A DNA stretch of 64,000 nucleotides from Paragordius varius (lineage: Eukaryota > Animalia > Nematomorpha), in NCBI GenBank assembly GCA_964247055.1, contig OZ176056.1, positions 496,001 to 560,000 on the forward strand. The letters run 5' to 3'. The position numbers and the translations under genes were made by a program. Position 1 is the stretch's first letter. Each line of letters opens with the position of its first letter. Below the pieces are notes generated by a model that saw only the letters and a program-made list of their open reading frames with translations, was not told the origin of the DNA and made no database searches. Positions 28,100 to 42,989 of this stretch are shown here, piece after piece.

Positions 28100-31000
28100 G
28101 ATTTTTACAACGATACTTTAAAAATTAATTTATAAAACTAGTTGCATCAATACTCAAGTTAAACTTTGTCCTTAAAATCGGATATTGGTCGCCGCTAAAG
28201 AAAATTATTTTTTGTACATTCTCTTAGTAGGACTACATCAAAATATAGAGATAGTTTGACAAACTCTTTCATATCCGATTTTTACAACGATACTTTAAAA
28301 ATTAATGTATAAAACTAGTCGCATCATTAGTCAAGTCTTTGTCCTTAAAAATCGGATATTGGTCACCGGTTAACAAAACTATTTTTTATACATTCTCTTA
28401 GTAGGACTAGATTATAATATAGAGATAGTTTGACAAACTCTTTCATATCCGATTTTTACAGCGATACTTTAAAAATTAATGTATAAAACTAGTCGCATCA
28501 ATACTCAAGATAAACTTTGTCCTTAAAAATCGGATATTGGTCACAGGTGAACAAAATTATTTTTTATACATTATCATAGTAGGACTACATCAAAATATAG
28601 AGATAGTTTGACAAACTCTTTCATATCCGATTTGTACAACGATATTTTAAAAATTATGGTATTAAACCAGTCGCATCAATACTCATGTTAAACTTTGTCC
28701 TTAAAAATCGGATTGGTCACCGGTGAACAAAATTATTTTATATACATTCTCTTAGTAAGACTACATCAAAATATAGAGATAATTTGACAAATTCTTTCAT
28801 ATCCGATTTTTACAACGATACTTTAAAAATTAATGTATAAAACTAGTCGTATCAATAAATCGCATCAATACTCAAGTTAAACTTTGTCCTTAAAAATCGG
28901 ATATTGGTCACCGGAGAACAAAATTATTTTTTATACATTCTCTTAGTAGGACTACATCAAAATATAAAGATAGTTTGGCAAACTGTTTCATATCCGATTT
29001 TTACAACGATACTTTAAAAATTAATGTATAAAACTAGTAGCATCAATACTCAAGTTAAACTTTGTCCTTAAAAATCGAATATTGGTCACCGGTGAACAAA
29101 ATTATTTTTTATACATTCTCTTAGTAAGACTACATCAAAATATAGAAATAGTTTGACAAACTCTTTCATATCCGATTTTTACAACGATACTTAAAAATTA
29201 ATGTATTAAACTAGTCGCATCAATACTCAAGCTAAACATTGTCCTTAAAAATCGGATATTGGTCACCGGTGAACAAAACTATTTTTTATACATTCTCTTA
29301 GTAAGACTACATCAAAATATAGAGATAGTTTGACAAACTCTTTCATATCCGATTTTTACAACGATACTTTTTTAAAATTATGGTATTAAACCAGTCGCAT
29401 CAATACTCAAGTTAAATATTGTCCTTAAAAATCGGATATTGGTCACCGGTGAACAAAACTATTTTTTATACATTCTCTCAGTAAGACTACATCAAAATAT
29501 AGAGATAGTTTGACAAACTCTTTCATATCCGATTTTTACAACGATACTTAAAAATTAATGTATTAAACTAGTCGCATCAATACTCAAGCTAAACATTGTC
29601 CTTAAAAATCGGATATTGGTCACCGGTGAACAAAACTATTTTTTATACATTCTCTTAGTAAGACTACATCAAAATATAGAGATAGTTTGACAAACTCTTT
29701 CATATCCGATTTTTACAACGATACTTTTTTAAAATTATGGTATTAAACCAGTCGCATCAATACTCAAGTTAAACTTTGTCCTTAAAAATTGGATATTGGT
29801 CACCGGTGAACAAAATTATTTTTTATACTCTTAGTAAGACTACATCAAAATATAGAGATAGTTTGACAAACTCTTTCATATCCGATTTTTACAACGATAC
29901 TTTAAAAATTATGGTATTAAACCAGACAATCAATACTCAAGTTAAACTTTGTCCTTAAAAATCGGATATTGGTCACCGGTGAACAAAATTATTTTTTAAA
30001 CATTCTCTTAGTAAGACTACATCAAAATATAGAAATAGTTTGACAAACTCTTTCATATCCGATTTTTACAACGATACTTTAAAAATTAATTTATAAAACT
30101 AGTTGCATCAATACTCAAGTTAAACTTTGTCCTTAAAATCGGATATTGGTCGCCGCTAAAGAAAATTATTTTTTGTACATTCTCTTAGTAGGACTACATC
30201 AAAATATAGAGATAGTTTGACAAACTCTTTCATATCCGATTTTTACAACGATACTTTAAAAATTAATGTATAAAACTAGTCGCATCATTAGTCAAGTCTT
30301 TGTCCTTAAAAATCGGATATTGGTCACCGGTTAACAAAACTATTTTTTATACATTCTCTTAGTAGGACTAGATTTAAATATAGAGATAGTTTGACAAACT
30401 CTTTCATATCCGATTTTTACAGCGATACTTTAAAAATTAATGTATAAAACTAGTCGCATCAATACTCAAGATAAACTTTGTCCTTAAAAATCGGATATTG
30501 GTCACAGGTGAACAAAATTATTTTTTATACATTATCATAGTAGGACTACATCAAAATATAGAGATAGTTTGACAAACTCTTTCATATCCGATTTGTACAA
30601 CGATATTTTAAAAATTATGGTATTAAACCAGTCGCATCAATACTCAAGTTAAACTTTGTCCTTAAAAATTGGATTGGTCACCGGTGAACAAAATTATTTT
30701 ATATACATTCTCTTAGTAAGACTACATCAAAATATAGAGATAATTTGACAAATTCTTTCATATCCGATTTTTACAACGATACTTTAAAAATTAATGTATA
30801 AAACTAGTCGTATCAATAAATCGCATCAATACTCAAGTTAAACTTTGTCCTTAAAAATCGGATATTGGTCACCGGAGAACAAAATTATTTTTTACATTCT
30901 CTTAGTAGGACTACATCAAAATATAAAGATAGTTTGGCAAACTGTTTCATATCCGATTTTTACAACGATACTTTAAAAATTAATGTATAAAACTAGTAGC

Positions 31001-31950
31001 ATCAATACTCAAGTTAAACTTTGTCCTTAAAAATCGAATATTGGTCACCGGTGAACAAAATTATTTTATATACTCTTAGTAAGACTACATCAAAATATAG
31101 AGATAGTTTGACAAACTCTTTCATATCCGATTTTTACAACGATACTTTAAAAATTATGGTATTAAACCAGACAATCAATACTCAAGTTAAACTTTGTCCT
31201 TAAAAATCGGATATTGGTCACCGGTGAACAAAATTATTTTTTAAACATTCTCTTAGTAAGACTACATCAAAATATAGAGATAGTTTGACAAACTCTTTCA
31301 TATCCGATTTTTACAACGATACTTTTTTAAAATTATGGTATTAAACCAGTCGCATCAATACTCAAGTTAAACATTGTCCTTAAAAATCGGATATTGGTCA
31401 CCGGTGAACAAAACTATTTTTTATACATTCTCTCAGTAAGACTACATCAAAATATAGAGATAGTTTGACAAACTCTTTCATATCCGATTTTTACAACGAT
31501 ACTTAAAAATTAATGTATTAAACTAGTCGCATCAATACTCAAGCTAAACATTGTCCTTAAAAATCGGATATTGGTCACCGGTGAACAAAACTATTTTTTA
31601 TACATTCTCTTAGTAAGACTACATCAAAATATAGAGATAGTTTGACAAACTCTTTCATATCCGATTTTTACAACGATACTTTTTTAAAATTATGGTATTA
31701 AACCAGTCGCATCAATACTCAAGTTAAACTTTGTCCTTAAAAATCGGATATTGGTCACCGGTGAACAAAATTATTTTTTATACTCTTAGTAAGACTACAT
31801 CAAAATATAGAGATAGTTTGACAAACTCTTTCATATCCGATTTTTACAACGATACTTTAAAAATTATGGTATTAAACCAGACAATCAATACTCAAGTTAA
31901 ACTTTGTCCTTAAAAATCGGATTGGTCACCGGTGAACAAAATTATTTTAT
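28100..31950 (+). repeat. Degenerate 11-monomer HOR, period 1,955-1,961 bp, ~2 copies (duplicated at +11,353)
   Basis: GTTGCATC 28141->30102 and CCGGAGAAC 28911->30872 (1,961). CTCTCAG 29475->31430 and ORF 29776->31731 (1,955). Confidence 0.75.
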
Positions 31951-34900
31951 ATACATTCTCTTAGTAAGACTACATCAAAATATAGAGATAATTTGACAAA
32001 TTCTTTCATATCCGATTTTTACAACGATACTTTAAAAATTAATGTATAAAACTAGTCGTATCAATAAATCGCATCAATACTCAAGTTAAACTTTGTCCTT
32101 AAAAATCGGATATTGGTCACCGGAGAACAAAATTATTTTTTATACATTCTCTTAGTAGGACTACATCAAAATATAAAGATAGTTTGGCAAACTGTTTCAT
32201 ATCCGATTTTTACAACGATACTTTTTTAAAATTATGGTATTAAACCAGTCGCATCAATACTCAAGTTAAACTTTGTCCTTAAAAATCGGATATTGGTCTC
32301 CGGTGAACAAAATTATTTTCATACATTCTCTTAGTAAGACTACATTTTAAAATATAGAGATAGTTTGAAAAACTCTTTCATATCCGATTTTTACAACGAT
32401 ACTTTAAAAATTAATGTATTAAACCAGTCGCATCAATACTCAAGATAAACTCTGTCCTTAAAAATCGAATATTGGTCACCGGTGAACGAAATAATTTTTT
32501 ATACATTCTCTTAGTAAGACTACATCAAAATATAGAGATAGTTTGACAAACTCTTTCATAAACGATTTTTACAACGATACTTTAAAAATTAATGTGTTAA
32601 ACTAGTCGCATCAATACTCAAGTTAAACTTTGTCCTTAAAAATCGGATATTGGTCACCGGTGAACAAAATTATTTTTTATACATTCTCTTAGTAAGACTA
32701 CATCAAAATATAGAAATAGTTTGACAAACTCTTTCATATCCGATTTTTACAACGATACTTTTTTAAAATTATGGTATTAAACCAGTCGCATCAATACTCA
32801 AGTTAAACTTTGTCCTTAAAAATCGGATATTGGTCACCGGTGAACAAAATTATTTTTTATACTCTTAGTAAGACTACATCAAAATATAGAGATAGTTTGA
32901 CAAACTCTTTCATATCCGATTTTTACAACGATACTTTAAAAATTATGGTATTAAACCAGACAATCAATACTCAAGTTAAACTTTGTCCTTAAAAATCGGA
33001 TTGGTCACCGGTGAACAAAATTATTTTATATACATTCTCTTAGTAAGACTACATCAAAATATAGAGATAATTTGACAAATTCTTTCATATCCGATTTTTA
33101 CAACGATACTTTAAAAATTAATGTATAAAACTAGTCGTATCAATAAATCGCATCAATACTCAAGTTAAACTTTGTCCTTAAAAATCGGATATTGGTCACC
33201 GGAGAACAAAATTATTTTTTATACATTCTCTTAGTAGGACTACATCAAAATATAAAGATAGTTTGGCAAACTGTTTCATATCCGATTTTTACAACGATAC
33301 TTTTTTAAAATTATGGTATTAAACCAGTCGCATCAATACTCAAGTTAAACTTTGTCCTTAAAAATCGGATATTGGTCTCCGGTGAACAAAATTATTTTCA
33401 TACATTCTCTTAGTAAGACTACATTTTAAAATATAGAGATAGTTTGAAAAACTCTTTCATATCCGATTTTTACAACGATACTTTAAAAATTAATGTATTA
33501 AACCAGTCGCATCAATACTCAAGATAAACTCTGTCCTTAAAAATCGAATATTGGTCACCGGTGAACGAAATAATTTTTTATACATTCTATTAGTAAGACT
33601 ACATCAAAATATAGAGATAGTTTGACAAACTCTTTCATATCCGATTTTTACAACGATACTTTAAAAATTAATGTGTTAAACTAGTCGCATCAATACTCAA
33701 GTTAAACTTTGTCCTTAAAAATCGGATATTGGTCACCGGTGAACAAAATTATTTTTTATACATTCTCTTAGTAAGACTACATCAAAATATAGAGATAGTT
33801 TGACAAACTCTTTCATATCCGATTTTTACAACGATACTTTTTTAAAATTATGGTATTAAACCAGTCGCATCAATACTCAAGTTAAACTTTGTCCTTAAAA
33901 ATCGGATATTGGTCACCGGTGAACAAAATTATTTTTTATACTCTTAGTAAGACTACATCAAAATATAGAGATAGTTTGACAAACTCTTTCATATCCGATT
34001 TTTACAACGATACTTTAAAAATTATGGTATTAAACCAGACAATCAATACTCAAGTTAAACTTTGTCCTTAAAAATCGGATTGGTCACCGGTGAACAAAAT
34101 TATTTTATATACATTCTCTTAGTAAGACTACATCAAAATATAGAGATAATTTGACAAATTCTTTCATATCCGATTTTTACAACGATACTTTAAAAATTAA
34201 TGTATAAAACTAGTCGTATCAATAAATCGCATCAATACTCAAGTTAAACTTTGTCCTTAAAAATCGGATATTGGTCACCGGAGAACAAAATTATTTTTTA
34301 TACATTCTCTTAGTAGGACTACATCAAAATATAAAGATAGTTTGGCAAACTGTTTCATATCCGATTTTTACAACGATACTTTTTTAAAATTATGGTATTA
34401 AACCAGTCGCATCAATACTCAAGTTAAACTTTGTCCTTAAAAATCGGATATTGGTCTCCGGTGAACAAAATTATTTTCATACATTCTCTTAGTAAGACTA
34501 CATTTTAAAATATAGAGATAGTTTGAAAAACTCTTTCATATCCGATTTTTACAACGATACTTTAAAAATTAATGTATTAAACCAGTCGCATCAATACTCA
34601 AGATAAACTCTGTCCTTAAAAATCGAATATTGGTCACCGGTGAACGAAATAATTTTTTATACATTCTATTAGTAAGACTACATCAAAATATAGAGATAGT
34701 TTGACAAACTCTTTCATATCCGATTTTTACAACGATACTTTAAAAATTAATGTGTTAAACTAGTCGCATCAATACTCAAGTTAAACTTTGTCCTTAAAAA
34801 TCGGATATTGGTCACCGGTGAACAAAATTATTTTTTATACATTCTCTTAGTAAGACTACATCAAAATATAGAGATAGTTTGACAAACTCTTTCATATCCG

Positions 34901-35950
34901 ATTTTTACAACGATACTTTTTTAAAATTATGGTATTAAACCAGTCGCATCAATACTCAAGTTAAACTTTGTCCTTAAAAATCGGATATTGGTCACCGGTG
35001 AACAAAATTATTTTTTATACTCTTAGTAAGACTACATCAAAATATAGAGATAGTTTGACAAACTCTTTCATATCCGATTTTTACAACGATACTTTAAAAA
35101 TTATGGTATTAAACCAGACAATCAATACTCAAGTTAAACTTTGTCCTTAAAAATCGGATTGGTCACCGGTGAACAAAATTATTTTATATACATTCTCTTA
35201 GTAAGACTACATCAAAATATAGAGATAATTTGACAAATTCTTTCATATCCGATTTTTACAACGATACTTTAAAAATTAATGTATAAAACTAGTCGTATCA
35301 ATAAATCGCATCAATACTCAAGTTAAACTTTGTCCTTAAAAATCGGATATTGGTCACCGGAGAACAAAATTATTTTTTATACATTCTCTTAGTAGGACTA
35401 CATCAAAATATAAAGATAGTTTGGCAAACTGTTTCATATCCGATTTTTACAACGATACTTTTTTAAAATTATGGTATTAAACCAGTCGCATCAATACTCA
35501 AGTTAAACTTTGTCCTTAAAAATCGGATATTGGTCTCCGGTGAACAAAATTATTTTCATACATTCTCTTAGTAAGACTACATTTTAAAATATAGAGATAG
35601 TTTGAAAAACTCTTTCATATCCGATTTTTACAACGATACTTTAAAAATTAATGTATTAACCCAGTCGCATCAATACTCAAGATAAACTCTGTCCTTAAAA
35701 ATCGAATATTGGTCACCGGTGAACGAAATAATTTTTTATACATTCTCTTAGTAAGACTACATCAAAATATAGAGATAGTTTGACAAACTCTTTCATATCC
35801 GATTTTTACAACGATACTTTAAAAATTAATGTGTTAAACTAGTCGCATCAATACTCAAGTTAAACTTTGTCCTTAAAAATCGGATATTGGTCACCGGTGA
35901 ACAAAATTATTTTTATACATTCTCTTAGTAAGACTACATCAAAATATAGA
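31640..35950 (+). repeat. 6-monomer HOR, 1,079 bp x 4
   Basis: ORFs at 31731/32810/33889/34968 are 1,079 apart. Monomer lengths 173+189+180+179+178+180 sum to 1,079. Confidence 0.92.
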
Positions 35951-38900
35951 GATAGTTTGACTAACCCTTTCATATCCGATTTTTGCAACGATACTTAAAA
36001 ATTAATGTATTAAACTAGTCGCATCAATACTCAAGCTAAACATTGTCCTTAAAAATCGGATATTGGTCACCCGTGAACAAAATTATTTTTTATACATTCT
36101 CTTAGTAGGACTACATCAAAATATAGAGATAGTTTGGCAAACTGTTTCATATCCGATTTTTACAACGATACTTTAAAAATTAATGTATAAAACTAGTCGC
36201 ATCAATACTCAAGTTAAACTTTGTCCTTAAAAATCGAATATTGGTCACCGGTGAACAAAATTATTTTTTATACATTCTCTTAGTAAGACTACATCAAAAT
36301 ATAGAAATAGTTTGACAAACTCTTTCTTATCCGAGTTTTACAACGATACTTAAAAATTAATTTATTAAACTAGTCGCATCAATACTCAAGCTAAACATTG
36401 TCCTTAAAAATCGGATATTGGTCACCGGTGAACAAAACTATTTTTTATACATTCTCTTAGTAAGACTACATCAAAATATAGAGATAGTTTGACTAACTCT
36501 TTATTAAACTAGTCGCATCAATACTCAAGTTAAACTTTGTCCTTAAAAATCGGATATTGGTCACGGGTGAACAAAATTATTTTTTATACATTCTCTTAGT
36601 AAGACTACATCAAAATATAGAGATAGTTTGACTAACTCTTTATTAAACTAGTCGCATCAATACTCAAGTTAAACTTTGTCCTTAAAAATCGGATATTGGT
36701 CACCGGTGAACAAAATTATTTTATATACATTCTCTTAGTAAGACTACATCAAAATATAGAGATAGTTGGACAAACTCTTTCATATCCGATTTATACAACG
36801 ATACTTTAAAAATTAATGTATAAAACTAGCCGCATCATTAGTCAAATTAAATTGTCCTTATAAATCTGATATTGGTCACCGGTGAACAAAATTAATTTTT
36901 ATACATTCTCTTAATAGGACTACATCATAATATAAAGATATTTTGACAAATTCTTTCATATCCGATTTTTACAGCGATACTTTAAAAATTAATGTATAAA
37001 ACTAGTCGCATCAATACTCAAGATAAACTTTGTCCTTAAAAATCGGATATTGGTCACAGGTGAACAAAATTATTTTTTTTACATTATCATAGTAGGACTA
37101 CATCAAAATATAGAGATAGTTTGACAAACTCTTTCATATCCGATTTTTACAGCGATACTTTAAAAAATAATGTATAAAAGTAGTCGCATCAATACTCAAG
37201 TTAAACTTTGTCCGTAAAAATCGGATATTGGTCACAGGTTAACAAAACTATTTTTTATACATTCTCTTAGTAAGACTACATCAAAATATAGAGATAGTTT
37301 GACATTTCATATCCGATTTTTACAGCGATACTTTAAAAATTATGGTATTAAACCAGACAATCAATACTCAAGTTAAAATTTGTCCTTAAAAATCGGATAT
37401 TGGTCACCGGTGAACAAAATTATTTTTTATACATTCTCTTAGTAAGACTACATCAAAATATAGAGATAGTTTTACAAACTCTTTAATATCCGATTTTTAC
37501 AACGATACTTTAAAAATTAATGTATTAAACTATTCGCATCAATACTCAAGTTAAACTTTGTCCTTAAAAATCGGATATTGGTCACCGGTGAACAAAATAA
37601 TTTTTTATACATTCTCTTAGTAAGACTACATCAAAATATAGAGATAGTTTGACAAACTCTTTAATATCCGATTTTTACAACGATACTTTTATAAAATTAT
37701 GGTATTAAACCAGTCGCATCAATACTCAAGTTAAACTTTGTCCTTAAAAATCGGATATTGGTCACCGGTGAACAAAATTATTTTATATACATTCTCTTAG
37801 TAAGACTACATCAAAATATAGAGATAGTTTGACAAACTCTTTCATATCCGATTTTTGCAACGATACTTTAAAAATTAATGTATAAAACTAATCGCATCAA
37901 TACTCAAGCTAAACATTGTCCTTAAAAATCGGATATTGGTCACCGGTGAACAAAACTATTTTTTATACATTCTCTTAGTAAGACTACAGCAATAGAGATA
38001 GTTTGACAAACTCTTTCATATCCGATTTTTACAACGATACTTTAAAAATTAATGTATAAAACTAGTCGTATCAATAAATCGCATCAATACTCAAGTTAAA
38101 CTTTGTCCTTAAAAATCGGATTGGTCACCGGTGAACAAAATTATTTTATATACATTCTCTTAGTAAGACTACATCAAAATATAGAGATAATTTGACAAAT
38201 TCTTTCATATCCGATTTTTACAACGATACTTTAAAAATTAATGTATAAAACTAGTCGCATCAATACTCAAGTTAAACTTTGTCCTTAAAAATCGGATATT
38301 GGTCGCCGGTAAAGAAAATTATTTAATATACATTCTCTTAGTAGGACTACATCAATATATAGAGATAGTTTGACAAACTCTTTCATATCCGATTTTTACA
38401 GCGATACTTTAAAAATTAATGTATAAAACTAGTCGCATCAATACTCAAGTTAAACTTTGTCCTTAAAAATCGGATATTGGTCACAGGTGAACAAAACTAT
38501 TTTTACATTATCTTAGTAGGAATACATCAAAATATAGAGATAGTTTGACAAACTCTTTCATATCTGATTTTTACAACGATACTTTAAAAATTAATGTATA
38601 AAACTAGTCGCATCAATACTCAAGTTAAACTTTGTCCTTAAAAATCGGATATTGGTCACCGGTTAACAAAACTAATTTTTATACATTCTCTTAGTAGGAC
38701 TACATCAAAATATAGAGATAGTTTGACAAACTCTTTCATATCCGATTTTTACAGCGATACTTTAAAAATTAATGTATAAAACTAGTCGCATCAATACTCA
38801 AGTTAAACTTTGTGTCTAAAAAATCGGATATTGGTCACAGGTGAACAAAATTATTTTTTATACATTATCTTAGTAGGACTACATCAAAATATAGAGATAG

Positions 38901-41900
38901 TTTGACAAACTCTTTCATATCCGATTTTTACAACGATACTTTAAAAATTAATGTATAAAACTAGTCGCATCATTAGTCAAGTCTTTGTCCTTAAAAATCG
39001 GATATTGGTCACCGGTGAACAAAATTAATTTTTATACATTCTCTTAATAGGACTACATCATAATATAAAGATATTTTGACAAATTCTTTCATATCCGATT
39101 TTTACAGCGATACTTTAAAAATTAATGTATAAAACTAGTCGCATCAATACTCAAGATAAACTTTGTCCTTAAAAATCGGATATTGGTCACAGGTGAACAA
39201 AATTATTTTTTTTACATTATCATAGTAGGACTACATCAAAATATAGAGATAGTTTGACAAACTCTTTCATATCCGATTTTTACAGCGATACTTTAAAAAT
39301 TAATGTATAAAACTATTCGCATCAATACTCAAGTTAAACTTTGTCCTTAAAAATCGGATATTGGTCACAGGTGAACAAAATTATTTTTTATACATTATCT
39401 TAGTAGGACTACATCAAAATATAGAGATAGTTTGACAAACTCTTTCATATCCGATTTTTACAACGATACTTTAAAAATTAATTTATAAAACTAGTTGCAT
39501 CAATACTCAAGTTAAACTTTGTCCTTAAAATCGGATATTGGTCGCCGCTAAAGAAAATTATTTTTTGTACATTCTCTTAGTAGGACTACATCAAAATATA
39601 GAGATAGTTTGACAAACTCTTTCATATCCGATTTTTACAACGATACTTTAAAAATTAATGTATAAAACTAGTCGCATCATTAGTCAAGTCTTTGTCCTTA
39701 AAAATCGGATATTGGTCACCGGTTAACAAAACTATTTTTTATACATTCTCTTAGTAGGACTAGATTATAATATAGAGATAGTTTGACAAACTCTTTCATA
39801 TCCGATTTTTACAGCGATACTTTAAAAATTAATGTATAAAACTAGTCGCATCAATACTCAAGATAAACTTTGTCCTTAAAAATCGGATATTGGTCACAGG
39901 TGAACAAAATTATTTTTTATACATTATCATAGTAGGACTACATCAAAATATAGAGATAGTTTGACAAACTCTTTCATATCCGATTTGTACAACGATATTT
40001 TAAAAATTATGGTATTAAACCAGTCGCATCAATACTCATGTTAAACTTTGTCCTTAAAAATCGGATTGGTCACCGGTGAACAAAATTATTTTATATACAT
40101 TCTCTTAGTAAGACTACATCAAAATATAGAGATAATTTGACAAATTCTTTCATATCCGATTTTTACAACGATACTTTAAAAATTAATGTATAAAACTAGT
40201 CGTATCAATAAATCGCATCAATACTCAAGTTAAACTTTGTCCTTAAAAATCGGATATTGGTCACCGGAGAACAAAATTATTTTTTATACATTCTCTTAGT
40301 AGGACTACATCAAAATATAAAGATAGTTTGGCAAACTGTTTCATATCCGATTTTTACAACGATACTTTAAAAATTAATGTATAAAACTAGTAGCATCAAT
40401 ACTCAAGTTAAACTTTGTCCTTAAAAATCGAATATTGGTCACCGGTGAACAAAATTATTTTTTATACATTCTCTTAGTAAGACTACATCAAAATATAGAA
40501 ATAGTTTGACAAACTCTTTCATATCCGATTTTTACAACGATACTTAAAAATTAATGTATTAAACTAGTCGCATCAATACTCAAGCTAAACATTGTCCTTA
40601 AAAATCGGATATTGGTCACCGGTGAACAAAACTATTTTTTATACATTCTCTTAGTAAGACTACATCAAAATATAGAGATAGTTTGACAAACTCTTTCATA
40701 TCCGATTTTTACAACGATACTTTTTTAAAATTATGGTATTAAACCAGTCGCATCAATACTCAAGTTAAATATTGTCCTTAAAAATCGGATATTGGTCACC
40801 GGTGAACAAAACTATTTTTTATACATTCTCTCAGTAAGACTACATCAAAATATAGAGATAGTTTGACAAACTCTTTCATATCCGATTTTTACAACGATAC
40901 TTAAAAATTAATGTATTAAACTAGTCGCATCAATACTCAAGCTAAACATTGTCCTTAAAAATCGGATATTGGTCACCGGTGAACAAAACTATTTTTTATA
41001 CATTCTCTTAGTAAGACTACATCAAAATATAGAGATAGTTTGACAAACTCTTTCATATCCGATTTTTACAACGATACTTTTTTAAAATTATGGTATTAAA
41101 CCAGTCGCATCAATACTCAAGTTAAACTTTGTCCTTAAAAATTGGATATTGGTCACCGGTGAACAAAATTATTTTTTATACTCTTAGTAAGACTACATCA
41201 AAATATAGAGATAGTTTGACAAACTCTTTCATATCCGATTTTTACAACGATACTTTAAAAATTATGGTATTAAACCAGACAATCAATACTCAAGTTAAAC
41301 TTTGTCCTTAAAAATCGGATATTGGTCACCGGTGAACAAAATTATTTTTTAAACATTCTCTTAGTAAGACTACATCAAAATATAGAAATAGTTTGACAAA
41401 CTCTTTCATATCCGATTTTTACAACGATACTTTAAAAATTAATTTATAAAACTAGTTGCATCAATACTCAAGTTAAACTTTGTCCTTAAAATCGGATATT
41501 GGTCGCCGCTAAAGAAAATTATTTTTTGTACATTCTCTTAGTAGGACTACATCAAAATATAGAGATAGTTTGACAAACTCTTTCATATCCGATTTTTACA
41601 ACGATACTTTAAAAATTAATGTATAAAACTAGTCGCATCATTAGTCAAGTCTTTGTCCTTAAAAATCGGATATTGGTCACCGGTTAACAAAACTATTTTT
41701 TATACATTCTCTTAGTAGGACTAGATTTAAATATAGAGATAGTTTGACAAACTCTTTCATATCCGATTTTTACAGCGATACTTTAAAAATTAATGTATAA
41801 AACTAGTCGCATCAATACTCAAGATAAACTTTGTCCTTAAAAATCGGATATTGGTCACAGGTGAACAAAATTATTTTTTATACATTATCATAGTAGGACT

Positions 41901-42989
41901 ACATCAAAATATAGAGATAGTTTGACAAACTCTTTCATATCCGATTTGTACAACGATATTTTAAAAATTATGGTATTAAACCAGTCGCATCAATACTCAA
42001 GTTAAACTTTGTCCTTAAAAATTGGATTGGTCACCGGTGAACAAAATTATTTTATATACATTCTCTTAGTAAGACTACATCAAAATATAGAGATAATTTG
42101 ACAAATTCTTTCATATCCGATTTTTACAACGATACTTTAAAAATTAATGTATAAAACTAGTCGTATCAATAAATCGCATCAATACTCAAGTTAAACTTTG
42201 TCCTTAAAAATCGGATATTGGTCACCGGAGAACAAAATTATTTTTTACATTCTCTTAGTAGGACTACATCAAAATATAAAGATAGTTTGGCAAACTGTTT
42301 CATATCCGATTTTTACAACGATACTTTAAAAATTAATGTATAAAACTAGTAGCATCAATACTCAAGTTAAACTTTGTCCTTAAAAATCGAATATTGGTCA
42401 CCGGTGAACAAAATTATTTTATATACTCTTAGTAAGACTACATCAAAATATAGAGATAGTTTGACAAACTCTTTCATATCCGATTTTTACAACGATACTT
42501 TAAAAATTATGGTATTAAACCAGACAATCAATACTCAAGTTAAACTTTGTCCTTAAAAATCGGATATTGGTCACCGGTGAACAAAATTATTTTTTAAACA
42601 TTCTCTTAGTAAGACTACATCAAAATATAGAGATAGTTTGACAAACTCTTTCATATCCGATTTTTACAACGATACTTTTTTAAAATTATGGTATTAAACC
42701 AGTCGCATCAATACTCAAGTTAAACATTGTCCTTAAAAATCGGATATTGGTCACCGGTGAACAAAACTATTTTTTATACATTCTCTCAGTAAGACTACAT
42801 CAAAATATAGAGATAGTTTGACAAACTCTTTCATATCCGATTTTTACAACGATACTTAAAAATTAATGTATTAAACTAGTCGCATCAATACTCAAGCTAA
42901 ACATTGTCCTTAAAAATCGGATATTGGTCACCGGTGAACAAAACTATTTTTTATACATTCTCTTAGTAAGACTACATCAAAATATAGAG

